Part shown: piece by piece, positions 11,087-27,077 of the stretch
Layout of the letters: each line of letters begins with the position of its first letter
Numbering within the stretch: the stretch's first letter is position 1
NCBI GenBank assembly: GCA_012295275.1
Contig: CM022666.1
Coordinates: 1,550,001 to 1,614,000 of the forward strand
DNA: 64,000 bases
Source of the DNA: Chrysomallon squamiferum
Lineage: Eukaryota > Animalia > Mollusca
Direction of reading: 5' to 3'
The notes under the pieces: model-generated
Seen by the model: only the letters and a program-made list of their open reading frames with translations
The model's database searches: none
What the model was told of the DNA's origin: nothing
Translations under genes and position numbers: made by a program

Positions 11087-11876
11087 TACATTAATATTTA
11101 CGAGCTAATTTAAGTCACCATATATATATATATATATATATACTATATGTATACGCGATATTGTGTGTTCTTGTGTCCGTTTATGAATGTGTGTGTGTGT
11201 GTGTGTGTGTGTGTGAGTTTATTTCGAGGGAATAGCTGAAAAGAAGATGGGATCAATGTGGTCTTATAAATTATTAAAAATATAAATATAACAACAAATG
11301 TAACACAGGTCAATGAAAGAAAAGAATATTTCAGAAACTTAAAGAAATTCTCTTATGCATATACATTTTCAGATTTATTTATATGGATGTTTAACACGTG
11401 TGTGTATTTTGGAATGCATATTCTGCACATAGATAAACGCACATGTCACAGTATTACAAAGTCCTGTCACCATCTGGCAACGTCTGCAGAATACAAAAAT
11501 AACTTAAACGTTATTAATTTAAATATTAAATGAACGCACGTAAAATATCTACAAAATTTAGTGGATTCTTTCTTTGGATGAGACTCCAGTAACAAAGACT
11601 AAAAAAAGGTAATCCTCTTTAGATGATGAATATAGACAATCTGGAGGAAAGCTCTGGCACAGTAGTACGAAATCTGGAAACGTCATCACAAATGTCAACT
11701 GCCCTTCTTCCTCCGGATATCGCAGTTGGAAAATGAGTCCAATTCATCTCTTGACATATATAAACACAAACACGTTCTGACCAATGTGACTTGGTAATTT
11801 ATTTATTTTATTTATTTTTTTATTTTATTTATTTGTTTTTGATATTACTCCAGTACTGATATTATAGAATACAAAT

Positions 11877-11907
<31 letters not shown>

Positions 11908-14866
11908 ACAGCAGTGATAATAGCAGTAGCACCAGTAAGTGAAGTAACAGTACTAATAATATGTTATAATAGTTCTACTATTAAGTAGAAAAAGCAGCAT
12001 GAGCTGCAATAGTAGTCGTAGTAACAGTAGTAATAACAATAACAATAATAAGAAGAATATTAAGAAGAAGAAGAAGAAGAGGAAGACGAACTCTTTTTTG
12101 TTGTTTTCTTGCAACGTGACCCAGACAGGTCTCTGGTTCAGTCTTTCAAGCGAGTCAGACTTACGTTTCCACGTTGAAGCTCTTCACCAGTTTTGTAACC
12201 ACATTGCATCTTGCTCATGGACCAAAATAAACATCACTGAAATCAGAAACGTTTACATATTAACATGGAAACGAAACGTTCAAAACTGACATTGAAAAAC
12301 GTGAAGAAAAACATAAAATACTGTTGTAACTGTATTCTTTTTAACAGTTCATATTAATAAATGAATTTTAATCTCATTTACTTCTTCTTTATTTTTAATA
12401 TGCTTACGATTTAACTAGAATTATTTATGAACTTTACAAAATTGTGTTTGCCTTTCGCTCTCATTTTATCGTTCTCTCTTTCTATCTTGTGTGTTGTACT
12501 GATAAAGAGTAACTGAAAACTTGAGTTTGATCGTTTGATAGACTAAAAATACGATTATGTTGGAGCACAGTAATTACAATTTATAATTTAATAATTTTTA
12601 TATACCTAATAAACTATTTAACAATAATAATTTTGAAAAATCGTTATATGCGATTGGCATTTAAAATGTTATTACTCCGAACTTTTAAACTCTAAATGCT
12701 AATATATGGGGAGGCCATAGTTTACTTGTGTGTACTTTGCAGTAAACGAGGGTAAAAAAAACCCACAAAACAGATTTTAATATTAATGATTATTAAATAA
12801 AAGTGATGGGTGTTTTTCTGCAAATCTGATACAAAAGAAAAAACAAAAACTTCCCTCAGATGGGTTATGGTTAACAGTTAGCGTCATCTGAAATACACGA
12901 AAACCTTCCCTGCCGTAGGAAAATACATACATAACTATTATGTTCAAGTTCTTTGTCCTTAAGAGGCTAATTAACACATTATTCATTACAGTCTGAACTA
13001 CACGAATACCTTCCCTGACGTAGGAAAATACATACATACGTATTATGTTCAAGTTCTTTGTCCGTAATACGCTAATTAACAGATTATTCATTACAATTAC
13101 AATTTTAATAATGACATGTCAACAACACCATTGTCCTTGATTTAGCTAGAAGATACACAATACAATTTAAATTCTTTGAATAAGACAGCAATAAAAGTCA
13201 AATATTTGCGATCTCCTATTTCTACATACAGTTTTTTCCCAGCCACAAATCCTCCATTTCACTAAGATGACAAGACATTGCACTGAATCTCATCAAAACT
13301 GATTTAAGATGACTGATTGCATAAACCTTCACTTTAGTAATTTTCATAAACTTAATAAATTATTGAACACTAACATTTCATGAAATCTTAATAATTATGT
13401 TATCGACATTTAAAATTTCATTATTTTGTTTCTTATACTGCTGAAACTAACACATGGTCTAGGAAATTATTATTATTTTGTGTGTCTTCTTCTTTATTAA
13501 GGTACGCACAAAAGCTTTCAGTGATTTAAATGTTAAAGATTATAAAGTAAAACTCGAACGTTTTCTTGTTAAATATGTGATACGAGAGAGAAAACAAGCT
13601 TCCACCAAATGGGTTATTCTTGACGGTTAGCATTGGGTTATATTTCGTGTGTAACATACCCAGAGGTAAGAAAACACATACATAAATATTATCTGTTTCG
13701 TAAACTAGAAACCGGACAACAGAACCCTTTCTACGAGAATGATGACGAAAACAGTTTTGAAGACAACGATGACGACACTTTTCACAATAACACAGTTTTG
13801 TAGCGTTGTTCAGAATCCAAAAAAAATAATAAAAAATAAATAAATAAATTTGAAAATAACTAAAAGATGTATCTGCACACTGGTATAAAGGAACTCTGGT
13901 ATTTCGTATAAAAAAATATATATTTTTATGGTGGGGTATATTAACTAGTAAATATTTATGACTTTCTATATATATATACACACAATGATACATAAATATT
14001 TAAGAACTAATATATGTATGGTGAAATATATTGCTCATAAATATTTATGTTTGTGCGTGTTTGTGTGTGTGTGTATACATTAATATTTATGAGCTAATTT
14101 ACCTCACGATATCCATATACTATATGTATAGCGATGTTGTGTGTGTTTGTGTATGTGTGTTTATGTGTGTGTGAGTGTGTGAGTTTATTTCGAGGGACCA
14201 GCTGAAAAGAAGATGGGATCAATGTTGTCTTATAACTTATTAAAAATATAAATATAACAACAAATGTAACACAGGTCAATGCAAGAAAATAATATTTCAG
14301 AAACTTAAAGAAATTCTCTTATGCATATACATTTTCAGATTTATTTATATGGATAATTAACACGTCTGTGTATTTTGAGATGAATATTCTCTGCACATAG
14401 ATAAACACTCGGGAACGCACTTGTCACAGTATTACAAAGTCCTGTCACCATCTGGCAACTTCTGCAGAATAAAAAAATAACTTAAAGGTTATTAATTTAA
14501 ATATTAAATGCACAGTACGGAAAATATCTACAAATTTAGTGGATTCTTTCTTTGGATGAGACTCCAGTAACAAAGACTAAAACAAGGTAATCCTCTTTAG
14601 ATGTTGAATATAGACAATCTGGAGGAACGCACTGGCACAGTAGTACGAAATCCAGAAACGACATCACAAACGTCATCACAAACGTGAACTACCCTTCTTC
14701 CTCCGGATATCGCAGTTGGAAAATGAGTCCAATTCATCTCTTGACATATATAAACACAAACACGTTCTGACCAATGTGACTTGGTAATTTATTTATTTAT
14801 TATTATTTTTTTATTATTTTTTTTTTTTTTGATATTACTCCAGTACTGATATTATACAATACAAAA

Positions 14867-14897
<31 letters not shown>

Positions 14898-17800
14898 ACA
14901 GCAGTGATAATAGCAGTACCACCAGTAAGTGAAGTAACAGTACTAATAATATGTTATAATAGAAGTTCTACTATTAAGTAGAAAAAGCAGCATCAGCTGC
15001 AATAGCAGTCGTAGTAGTAGTAGTAGTAGTAACAGTAGTAACAATGATAAGAATAATATTAAGAAGAAGAAGAAGAAGAAGAGGAAGACGAACTCATTTT
15101 TGTTGTTTTCTTGCAACGTGACCCAGACAGGTCTCTGGTTCAGTCTTTCAAGCGAGTCAGACTCACGTTTCCACGTTGAAGCTCTTCACCAGTTTTGTAA
15201 CCACATTCCATCTCGCTCATGGACCAAAATAAACATCACTGAAATCAGAAACGTTTACATATTAACATGGAAACGAAACGTTCAAAACTGACATTGAAAA
15301 ACGTGAAGAAAAAAATAAAATACTGTTGTAACTGTATTCTTTTAAACAATTCATATTAATAAATTAATATTAATCTCATTTACTTCTTCTATGTTTTTAA
15401 TATGCTTACGATCTAACTAGAATTATTTCTGAACTTTACGAAATTGTGTTTGCCTTTCGCTCTCATTTTATCGTTTTCTCTTTCTATCTTGTGTGTTGTA
15501 CTGACAAAGAGTGACTGAAAACTTGAGTTTGATCGTTTGATAGACTGAAAATACGATTATGTTGGAGCACAGTAATTACAATTTATAATTTAATAATTTT
15601 TATATACCTAACAAACTACTTAACACAAATAATTTTGAAAAATCGTTATATGCGATTGGCATTTAAAATGTTATTACTCCGAACTTTTAAACTCTAAATG
15701 CTAATATATGGGGAGGCCTTAGTTTACTTGTGTGTACTTTGCAGTAAACGAGGGTAAAAAAAACACCCCCAAAACAGATTTTAATATTAATGATTATTAA
15801 ATAAAAGTGATGGGTGTTTTTCTGCAAATCTGATACAAAAGAAAAAACAAAAACTTCCCTCAGATGGGTTATGGTTAACAGTTAGCGTCGTCTGAAATAC
15901 ACGAAACCTTCCCTGCGGTAGGAAAATACATACATAACTATTATGTTCAAGTTCTTTGTCCTTAAGAGGCTAATTAACACATTATTCATTACAGTCTGAA
16001 CTACACGAATACCTTCCCTGACGTAGGAAAATACATACATACGTATTATGTTCAAGTTCTTTGTCCGTAAGAGACTAATTAACACATTTTTCATTACAGT
16101 TACAATTTTAATAATGACATGTCGAGAACACCATTGTCCTTGATTTAGGTAGACGATACACTTTACAATTTAAATTCTTTGAATAAGACAGCAATAAAAG
16201 TCAAATATTTGCGATCTCCTATTTCTACATACAGTTTTTTCACAGCCACAAATCCTCCATTTCACCAAGATGACAAGACTTTGCACTGAATCTCATCAAA
16301 AATGATTTAAGATGACTGATTGGATAAACCTTCACTTTAGTAATTTTAATAAACTTAATAAATTATTTAAGGAAATGTTAATAATTATGTTATCGACATT
16401 TAAAATTTCATTATGTTGTTTCTTATACTGCTAAAACTAACAAATGGTGTAGGAAATTATTATTATTTTATATGTCTTCTTCTTTATTAAGGTGCGCACA
16501 AAAGCCTTCAATGACTTAAATGTTAAAGATTATAAAGTAAAACTCGAACGTTTTCTTGTTAAAAATCTGATACGAGAGAGAAAACAAGCTTCCACCAAAT
16601 GGGTTATTCTTGACGGTTAGCATTGGGTTATGTTTCGTGTGTAACATACCCTGAGGTAAGAAAAAAACCATACATAAATATTATCTGTTTCGTAAACTAG
16701 AAACCGGACAACAGAACCCTTTTTACGAGAATGATGACGACAACAGTTTTCAAGGCAACGATGACGACACTTTTCACAATAACACAGTTTTGTAGCGTTG
16801 TTCAGAATCAAAAAAAAATAAAATAAAAATAATAATAAATTTGAAAATAACTAAAAGCTGTATCTGCACACTGGTGTAAAGGAACTCTGGTATTTCGTAT
16901 CAAAAATATATTTTTTTATCGTGGGGTATATTAACTTTTAAATATTTGTGTGTGTGTGTGTGTGTTTGTGTGTGTGTGTCTACATTAATATTTACGAGCT
17001 AATTTAAGTCACCATATATGTATATATATATATATACTATATGTATAGCGATATTGTGTGTGCTTGTGTGCGTTTATGAATGTGTGTGTGTGTGTGCGTG
17101 TGTGTGTGAGTTTATTTCGAGGGAATAGCTGAAAAGAAGATGGGATCAATGTGGTCTTATAAATTATTAAAAATATAAATATAACAACAAATGTAACACA
17201 GGTCAATGCAAGAAAATAATATTTCAGAAACAGTTTTTATTTTTGAAATATTTGTATTAAGCAGATGAAGATACAAAAGTAAAGTTGTCTAAAAACAGAA
17301 ATGTTAAACACGCCGACGTATGTTAGAGTGTAATGTGTTTATAACTGAAAATAATATGAGAGAAATGGAGATTGTATTTTGTTTTTTTTTTGGTAAAAGG
17401 GATACATTGATAGAGTGGAATAAAAATATTAAATTTTGACTGGTGAAGTATTTCGTATAAGTATTGTAATGTGATTTTATTTTTAGTATAAAAAAAATAA
17501 AACGTAGACTTTGTTGTTTTTTAAAAGTTATCAGCTCACAGAAATATCATTCGAAGAAAGTAGAATACAAAAAACAAAACAAAAAATAAATAAAAAATAA
17601 AAAATACTGAAATTTAATTCTGTTCTAAACAGTAAAATAAATTACCCCCCCCACCAGAAATTAATTAATGTTTTGAAATGTTTTCCTAAGCTGTGAAGCT
17701 GTGATCATTTCTTCTTCTTCGTCTTCATTTGATAATTAAATAATACTGTAATGAATAAATATGCATAGATCTGTGACCAACAATTGACAAGGTATGCTTG

Positions 17801-18712
17801 TATGTATGTATATGTGTATGTGTGCATGTGTGTATGTGTGTTTGTATGTATGAACGTGTATATTTATTCGTAAATAAATAAATAAATAAAATAATAAATG
17901 AATTTGTCAATATCAACGACATATTAAGGTTGAATCATGTGTATTATTCGTTAAAAGTATCAGTAACATTACTAACCATACAGTTAGTTAAATGTGTCTA
18001 CATCGGTTTAAATGTAAAGTGTTGTAAACTCAGAGTATTTCATTAATATGTTGAAATGGAGGTGTAGACAGAAAAACCGGATTATAAAATACTAAACATC
18101 TGTGATCTATTTGAAATGATAAAGTTGTCTAAAATTTCAGAGTGAAACTCTGAGGAAACTAAAACATATCTGATTCTTAACCTTTGATCAGAAAGCTTGT
18201 AATATATAATACTTTCATGGAAAAAATAACGTCCATAGAGTTATAAAATAAATCACTTTAGTTTCGTCTTAGAGAAGGTAAAAATATCTTAAAGGCTATT
18301 AATTTAAATATTAAACATAACATATTTACGAATTTAGTGTATTTTATTATCTTTGTTTTGTTTTGTTTTTTTGATTAGACTTCAGTAACAAAGACTAAAA
18401 CAAGGAACTGTAACGTTTCCAAGGTCACCTGTATTATCACCTGTATTGTACAGTCATCATTAATACGTCTGTACCATAGCTAAATGACCAGCCCGTGTAA
18501 ATGCACGTGATAAATTAATAACATTTTTGAAACGTTTCCATGGTAACCTGTATCGTCTTGAGGTAAGATATGACGTATGTAATTATTCGGCTCAAGGTCT
18601 GGATTCCGCAGTTGGAAAATGACTAAAGTTGATCTCCATGGATACATAAACTCAAAGCACATTGTGAATGACCAACATGACTTTTTTATTCTTATTATTG
18701 TTATTATTATTA

Positions 18713-18750
<38 letters not shown>

Positions 18751-18775
18751 GTTATTGTTATTATTATTATTATTA

Positions 18776-18824
<49 letters not shown>

Positions 18825-18957
18825 TTTTTAAATGTTTTTTTACTTTTATTTATTTTACTCACATACTACAGTATTGATATTACACACTACAAATACTAGT
18901 AGCACAGCAGCAGCAACACCAGTAGTCGTAGTAGTAGTAGTAGCAGTAGTAGTAGTA

Positions 18958-19022
<65 letters not shown>

Positions 19023-19303
19023 CAGAAGAAGAAGAAGACGAAGACGAAATCTTTTTCTGTTTTTTTTCTTGCAACGTGACCCAGGCACATGTCTGGTTCA
19101 GTCTTTTCAACGAATCAAACTCACGTTTTCCCATCACGCTGTCCGGATGTCCGTAACATGTCTATAAATACAGACCACAGACACTGAGAGACTTCATTCC
19201 TTGTAGAGCTCTTCCACTTGGTGTAACAAACATTTTGCTTTCACAACACTTTGCTTGTTCACGAAAACCTTTCCACTTGAATATATCAGCTGATACTGTA
19301 ATA

Positions 19304-19495
19304 ATGTCTGTCGTGCTTCCATCAGCAGTGACTCTTTGTCTGTACAACATCCACGACAACGACGATGTCTTCACTATGGACGTGGACATGCCTCAAAGCG
19401 GCAGAGGATTGTATATTTTGGAACACTCTGTCGCTGACAGGGAAATATTCCCAGTATCGGGGATTCAGGAGGAAGACTCATCCAGAAAAAAATGA
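19304..19495 (+). CDS. Putative 63-aa micropeptide, variant A' (extra terminal Lys)
   Basis: ATG at 19304, TATA at 19163. Matches the 7121 copy except for an in-frame +3 A before TGA. Confidence 0.55.
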   Translation: MSVVLPSAVTLCLYNIHDNDDVFTMDVDMPQSGRGLYILEHSVADREIFPVSGIQEEDSSRKK

Positions 19496-20294
19496 AATTC
19501 TTCTCAGCAGGCTCTCTGATCAAAAGAGATGATACAGAACATTATCTGTTCAACTACTGAATATTATCTGTTCAACTACAGAACATTATCGGTTCAACTA
19601 CAGAACATTATCTGTTCAACTACAGAACATTATCGGTTCAACTACAGAACATGGAAATAGCATGATCTCGTAAATTAAATTCTACTACATTGAAGAAAAA
19701 GAAATTTACATCAACTGCTTTCGGACACTTCAGACATCGGACTGAGTGAACTCCACCCTGAAGATATCCACCAATTTCGAACCAGAATTCCATCTTCCTC
19801 ATAGACCGAAATAAACAATACTGAAACCAAAACCATTTATATATTAACATGGACACGGAACGTTGAAAACTGACATTGATAAATGTGAAGAAAAGAAATA
19901 CTGTTATAAATGTATTCTTTTGAAACAATTTGTATTAATAAATTAATATTAATCTCATATACTTGTTTGTTTTTATATACGGTTATAATTTAACTAGCAT
20001 TATTTATCAACTTAAGAAAATTGTTTGCCTTTCGCTCTCATTTTATAACTCTCTCTTTCTATCTTATGTGTTGTACTGACAAAAAGTAACTGAAAACTTC
20101 AGTTAGACCGTTTGATAGACTGAAAATACAATTATGTTGGAACATGGTAATTACAATTTATAAGTTAATAATTTTTATATACTTAATAAATTACTTAATA
20201 CAAATATATTTTTAAAAGTATCTTTATATGCCACTGACATTTAGAACTTTATTTTTCTGAACTGTTAAACTCCAGAAACTAATATATGTTAGGA

Positions 20295-21154
20295 CATGTT
20301 TGTTCTTCGCAATGAACGAACGTATAAAAACAAAAACTACTTTTTTCGATATTAATGATTATTAAATAAAAGTGATGCGTGTTTTTTTGTAAACCTGAAA
20401 GAGAGAAAACAAAAACTTCCCTCAGATGGGTTATGGTTAACAGTTAGCGTCGTCTGAAATATACGACAACCTTCCTTGCTGTTTATTTCGAAGAAATAGC
20501 TGAAAAGAAGATGGGATCAATGTAGTCTTATAAATTATTAAAAATATAAATATAACAACAAATGTAACACGGGTCAATGCAAGAAAAGAATATTTCAGAA
20601 ACTTAAAGAAATTCTCTTATGCATATACATTTTCAGATTTATTTATATGGATGTTTAACACGTGTGTGTATTTTGGAATGCATATTCTCTGCACATAGAT
20701 AAACACTCGGAACGCAGACGTCACAGTATTACAAAGTCCTGTCACCATCTGGCAACGTCTGCAGAATACAAAAATAACTTAAACGTTATTAATTTAAATA
20801 TTAAATGAACGCATGTAAAATATCATCAAATTTAGTGGATTCTTTCTTTCGATGAGACTTCAGTAACAAAGACTAAAACAAGGTAAACCTCTTTAGATGA
20901 TGAATATAGACAATCTGGAGGAACGCACTGGCACAGTAGTACGAAATCCAGAAACGTCATCACAAATGTCAACTACCCTTATTCCTCAGGATATCGCAGT
21001 TGGAAAATGAGTCCAATTCATCTCTTGACATATATAAACACAAACACGCTCTGACCAATGTGACTTGGTAATTTATTTATTTATTTTATTTATAGTTTTA
21101 TTTTATTTATTTATTTTTCATATTACTCTAGTACTGATATTATACAATACAAAT

Positions 21155-21185
<31 letters not shown>

Positions 21186-23968
21186 AAAGCAGTGATAATA
21201 TCAGTAGCACTAGTAAGTGAAGTAACAGTACTAATAATATGTTATAATAGAAGTTCTACTATTAAGTAGAAAAAGCAGCATCAGCTGCAATAGCAGTCGT
21301 AGTAGTAGTAGTAGTAACAGTAGTAACAATAATAAGAATAATATTAAGAAGAAGAAGAAGAAGAAGAGGAAGACGAAATCATTTTTGTTGTTTTCTTGCA
21401 ACGTGACCCAGACAGGTCTCTGGTTCAGTCTTTCAAACGAGTCAGACTCACGTTTCCACTTTGAAGCTCTTCACCAGTTTTGTAACCACATTCCATCTCG
21501 CTCATGGACCAAAATAAACATCACTGAAATCAGAAACGTTTACATATTAACATGGAAACGAAACGTTCAAAACTGACATTGAAAAACGTGAAGAGAAACA
21601 TAAAATACTGTTGTATCTGTATTGTTTTAAACAATTAATATTAATAAATAAATTTTAATCTCATATACTTCTTCTTTATTTTTAATATGCTTACGATCTA
21701 ACTAGAATTATTTATGAACTTTACAAAATTGTGTTTGCCTTTCGCTCTCATTTTATCGTTCTCTCTTTCTATCTTGTGTGTTGTACTGACAAAGAGTAAC
21801 TGAAAACTTGAGTTTGATCGTTTGATAGACTAAAAATACGATTATGTTGGAGCACAGTAATTACAATTTATAATTTAATAATTTTTATATTCCTAATAAA
21901 CTACTCAACACTAATCATTTTGAAAAATCGTTATATGCGATTGAAATTTAAAATTTTATTATTCCGAACTTTTTGACTCTAAATGCTAATATATGATTAG
22001 GCCATAGTTTACTTGTGAGTACTTCGCAGTAAACGAGGGTAAAAAAACAACAACCCAAAAACAGATTTTAATATTAATGATTATTAAATAAAAGTGATCC
22101 GTGTTTTTCTGTAAACCTGAAACAGAGAAAACAAAAACTTCCCTCAGATGGGTTATGGTTAACAGTTAGTGTCGTCTGAAATATACGACAACCTTCCTTG
22201 CGTTAGGAAAATACATACATATGTATTATGTTCAAGTTCTTTGTCCGTAAGAGACTAATTAACACATTTTTCATTACAATTACAATTTTAATAATGACAT
22301 GTCGAGAACACCATTGTCCTTGATTTAGGTAGACGATACACATTACAATTTAAATTCTTTGAATAAGACAGCAATAAAAGTCAAATATTGGCGATCTCCT
22401 ATTTCTACATACAGTTTTTTTCCAGCCACAAATCCTCCATTTCACTAAGATGACAAGACTTTGCACTGAATCTCATCAAAAATGATTTAAGACTGATTGC
22501 ATAAACCTTCACTTTAGTAGTTTTCATAAACTTAATAAATTATTGAAGACTAACATTTCATGAAATCTTAATAATTATGTTATCGACATTTAAAATTTCA
22601 TTATGTTGTTTCTTATACTGCTGAAACTAAAATATGGTGTAGGAAATTATTATTATTTTGTGTGTCTTCTTCTTTATTAAGGTACGCACAAAAGCCTTCA
22701 ATGATTTTAAATGTTAAAGATTATAAAGTAAAACTCGAACGTTTTCTTATTAAATATGTGATACGAGAGAGAAAACAAGCTTCCACCAAATGGGTTATTC
22801 TTGACGGTTAGCATTGGGTTATATTTCGTGTGTAACATACCCAGAGGTAAGAAAACACATACATAAATATTATCTGTTTCGTAAACAAGAAACCGGACAA
22901 CAGAACCCTTTTTACGAGAATGATGACGACAACAGTTTTCAAGACAACGATGACGACACTTTTCACAATAACACAGTTTTGTAGCGTTGTTCAGAATCCA
23001 AAAAAAATAAGAAAAAATAAATAAATAAATTTGAAAATAACTAAAAGATGTATCTGCACACTGGTATAAAGGAACTCTGGTATTTCGTATAAAAAAATAT
23101 ATATTTTTATGGTGGGGTATATTAACTAGTAAATATTTATGACTTTCTATATATATATACACACAATGATACATAAATATTTAAGAACTAATATATGTAT
23201 GGTGAAATATATTGCTCATAAATATTTATGTTTGTGCGTGTTTGTGTGTGTGTGTATACATTAATATTTATGAGCTAATTTACCTCACGATATCCATATA
23301 CTATATGTATAGCGATGTTGTGTGTGTTTGTGTATGTGTGTTTATGTGTGTGTGAGTGTGTGAGTTTATTTCGAGGGACCAGCTGAAAAGAAGATGGGAT
23401 CAATGTTGTCTTATAAATTATTAAAAATATAAATATAACAACAAATGTAACACAGGTCAATGAAAGAAAATAATATTTCAGAAACTTAAAGAAATTCTCT
23501 TATGCATATACATTTTCAGATTTATTTATATGGATAATTAACACGTCTGTGTATTTTGAGATGAATATTCTCTGCACATAGATAAACACTCGGGAACGCA
23601 CTTGTCACAGTATTACAAAGTCCTGTCACCATCTGGCAACTTCTGCAGAATAAAAAAATAACTTAAAGGTTATTAATTTAAATATTAAATGCACAGTACG
23701 GAAAATATCTACAAAATTTAGTGGATTCTTTCTTTGGATGAGACTCCAGTAACAAAGACTAAAAAAGGTAATCCTCTTTAGATGTTGAATATAGACAATC
23801 TGGAGGAACGCACTGGCACAGTAGTACGAAATCCTGGAAACGACATCAAAAACGTCATCACAAACGTGAACTACCCTTCTTCCTCCGGATATCGCAGTTG
23901 GAAAATGAGTCCAATTCATCTCTTGACATATATAAACACAAACACGTTCTGACCAATGTGACTTGGTA

Positions 23969-24001
<33 letters not shown>

Positions 24002-24051
24002 ATTTTTTTTTTTTGATATTACTCCAGTACTGATATTATAGAATACAAAAT

Positions 24052-24082
<31 letters not shown>

Positions 24083-27046
24083 ACAGCAGTGATAATAGCA
24101 GTAGCACCAGTAAGTGAAGTAACAGTACTAATAATATGTTATAATAGTTCTACTATTAAGTAGAAAAAGCAGCATGAGCTGCAATAGTAGTCGTAGTAAC
24201 AGTAGTAATAACAATAACAATAATAAGAAGAATATTAAGAAGAAGAAGAAGAAGAGGAAGACGAACTCTTTTTTGTTGTTTTCTTGCAACGTGACCAAGA
24301 CAGGTCTCTGGTTCAGTCTTTCAAGCGAGTCAGACTCACGTTTCCACGTTGAAGCTCTTCACCAGTTTTGTAACCACATTGCATCTTGCTCATGGACAAA
24401 AATAAACATCACTGAAATCAGAAACGTTTACATATTAACATGGAAACGAAACGTTCAAAACTGACATTGAAAAACGTGAAGAAAAACATAAAATACTGTT
24501 GTAACTGTATTCTTTTTAACAGTTCATATTAATAAATGAATTTTAATCTCATTTACTTCTTCTTTATTTTAATATGCTTACGATTTAACTAGAATTATTT
24601 ATGAACTTTACAAAATTGTGTTTGTCTTTCGCTCTCATTTTATCGTTCTCTCTTTCTATCTTGTGTGTTGTACTGATAAAGAGTAACTGAAAACTTGAGT
24701 TTGATCGTTTGATAGACTAAAAATACGATTATGTTGGAGCACAGTAATTACAATTTATAATTTAATAATTTTTATATACCTAATAAACTATTTAACACTA
24801 ATAATTTTGAAAAATCGTTATATGCGATTGGCATTTAAAATGTTATTACTCCGAACTTTTAAACTCTAAATGCTAATATATGGGGAGGCCATAGTTTACT
24901 TGTGTGTACTTTACAGTAAACGAGGGTAAAAAAACCACCCCCAAAACAGATTTTAATATTAATGATTATTAAATAAAAGTGATGGGTGTTTTTCTGCAAA
25001 TCTGATACAAAAGAAAAAACAAAAACTTCCCTCAGATGGGTTATGGTTAACAGTTAGCGTCGTCTGAAATACACGAAAACCTTCCCTGCGGTAGGAAAAT
25101 ACATACATAACTATTATGTTCAAGTTCTTTGTCCTTAAGAGGCTAATTAACACATTATTCATTACAGTCTGAACTACACGAATACCTTCCCTGACGTAGG
25201 AAAATACATACATACGTATTATGTTCAAGTTCTTTGTCCGTAATACGCTAATTAACAGATTATTCATTACAATTACAATTTTAATAATGACATGTCAACA
25301 ACACCATTGTCCTTGATTTAGCTAGAAGATACACAATACAATTTAAATTCTTTGAATAAGACAGCAATAAAAGTCAAATATTTGCGATCTCCTATTTCTA
25401 CATACAGTTTTTTCCCAGCCACAAATCCTCCATTTCACTAAGATGACAAGACATTGCACTGAATCTCATCAAAACTGATTTAAGATGACTGATTGCATAA
25501 ACCTTCACTTTAGTAATTTTCATAAACGTAATAAATTATTGAACACTAACATTTCATGAAATCTTAATAATTATGTTATCGACATTTAAAATTTCATTAT
25601 GTTATTTCTTATACTGCGGAAACTAAAATATGGTGTAGGAAATTATTATTATTTTGTGTGTCTTCTTCTTTATTAAGGTACGCACAAAAGCCTTCAATGA
25701 TTTTAATGTTAAAGATTATAAAGTAAAACTCCAACGTTTTCTTGTTAAATATGTGATACGAGAGAGAAAACAAGCTTCCAGCAAATGGGTTATTCTTGAC
25801 GGTTAGCATTGGGTTATATTTCGTGTGTAACATACCCAGAGGTAAGAAAACACATACATAAATATTATCTGTTTCGTAAACAAGAAACCGGACAACAGAA
25901 CCCTTTTTACGAGAATGATGACGACAACAGTTTTCAAGACAACGATGACGACACTTTTCACAATAACACAGTTTTGTAGCGTTGTTCAGAATCCAAAAAA
26001 AATAAGAAAAAATAAATAAATAAATTTGAAAATAACTAAAAGATGTATCTGCACACTGGTATAAAGGAACTCTGGTATTTCGTATAAAAAAATATATATT
26101 TTTATGGTGGGGTATATTAACTAGTAAATATTTATGACTTTCTATATATATATACACACAATGATACATAAATATTTAAGAACTAATATATGTATGGTGA
26201 AATATATTGCTCATAAATATTTATGTTTGTGCGTGTTTGTGTGTGTGTGTGTATACATTAATATTTATGAGCTAATTTACCTCACGATATCCATATACTA
26301 TATGTATAGCGATGTTGTGTGTGTTTGTGTATGTGTGTTTATGTGTGTGTGAGAGTGTGAGTTTATTTCGAGGGACCAGCTGAAAAGAAGATGGGATCAA
26401 TGTTGTCTTATAAATTATTAAAAATATAAATATAACAACAAATGTAACACAGGTCAATGCAAGAAAATAATATTTCAGAAACTTAAAGAAATTCTCTTAT
26501 GCATATACATTTTCAGATTTATTTATATGGATAATTAACACGTCTGTGTATTTTGAGATGAATATTCTCTGCACATAGATAAACACTCGGGAACGCACTT
26601 GTCACAGTATTACAAAGTCCTGTCACCATCTGGCAACTTCTGCAGAATAAAAAAATAACTTAAAGGTTATTAATTTAAATATTAAATGCACAGTACGGAA
26701 AATATCTACAAATTTAGTGGATTCTTTCTTTGGATGAGACTCCAGTAACAAAGACTAAAACAAGGTAATCCTCTTTAGATGATGAATATAGACAATCCGG
26801 AGGAACGCACTGGCACAGTAGTACGAAATCCAGAAACGACATCACAAACGTCATCACAAACGTGAACTACCCTTCTTCCTCCGGATATCGCAGTTGGAAA
26901 ATGAGTCCAATTCATCTCTTGACATATATAAACACAAACACGTTCTGACCAATGTGACTTGGTAATTTATTTATTTATTATTATTTTTTTATTATTATTA
27001 TTTTTTTTTTGATATTACTCCAGTACTGATATTATACAATACAAAA

Positions 27047-27077
<31 letters not shown>

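Larger units (their letters stand above)
8110..17231 (+). pseudogene. Block of three type B units (ORF-deleted derivatives; junctions ~9268, ~12168, ~15170)
   Basis: Upstream and 3' homology to type A, but cagactcacgtttcc joins directly to acgttgaagctcttcaccag, skipping the TATA box, ORF and minisatellite. Confidence 0.85.

Noticed and set aside
9885-26169. Minus-strand ORFs in B spacers (e.g. 9885..10262, 13526..13993, 25609..26169)
   Set aside because: Lengths and frames vary between near-identical units because of homopolymer indels; AT-biased composition and no domain.
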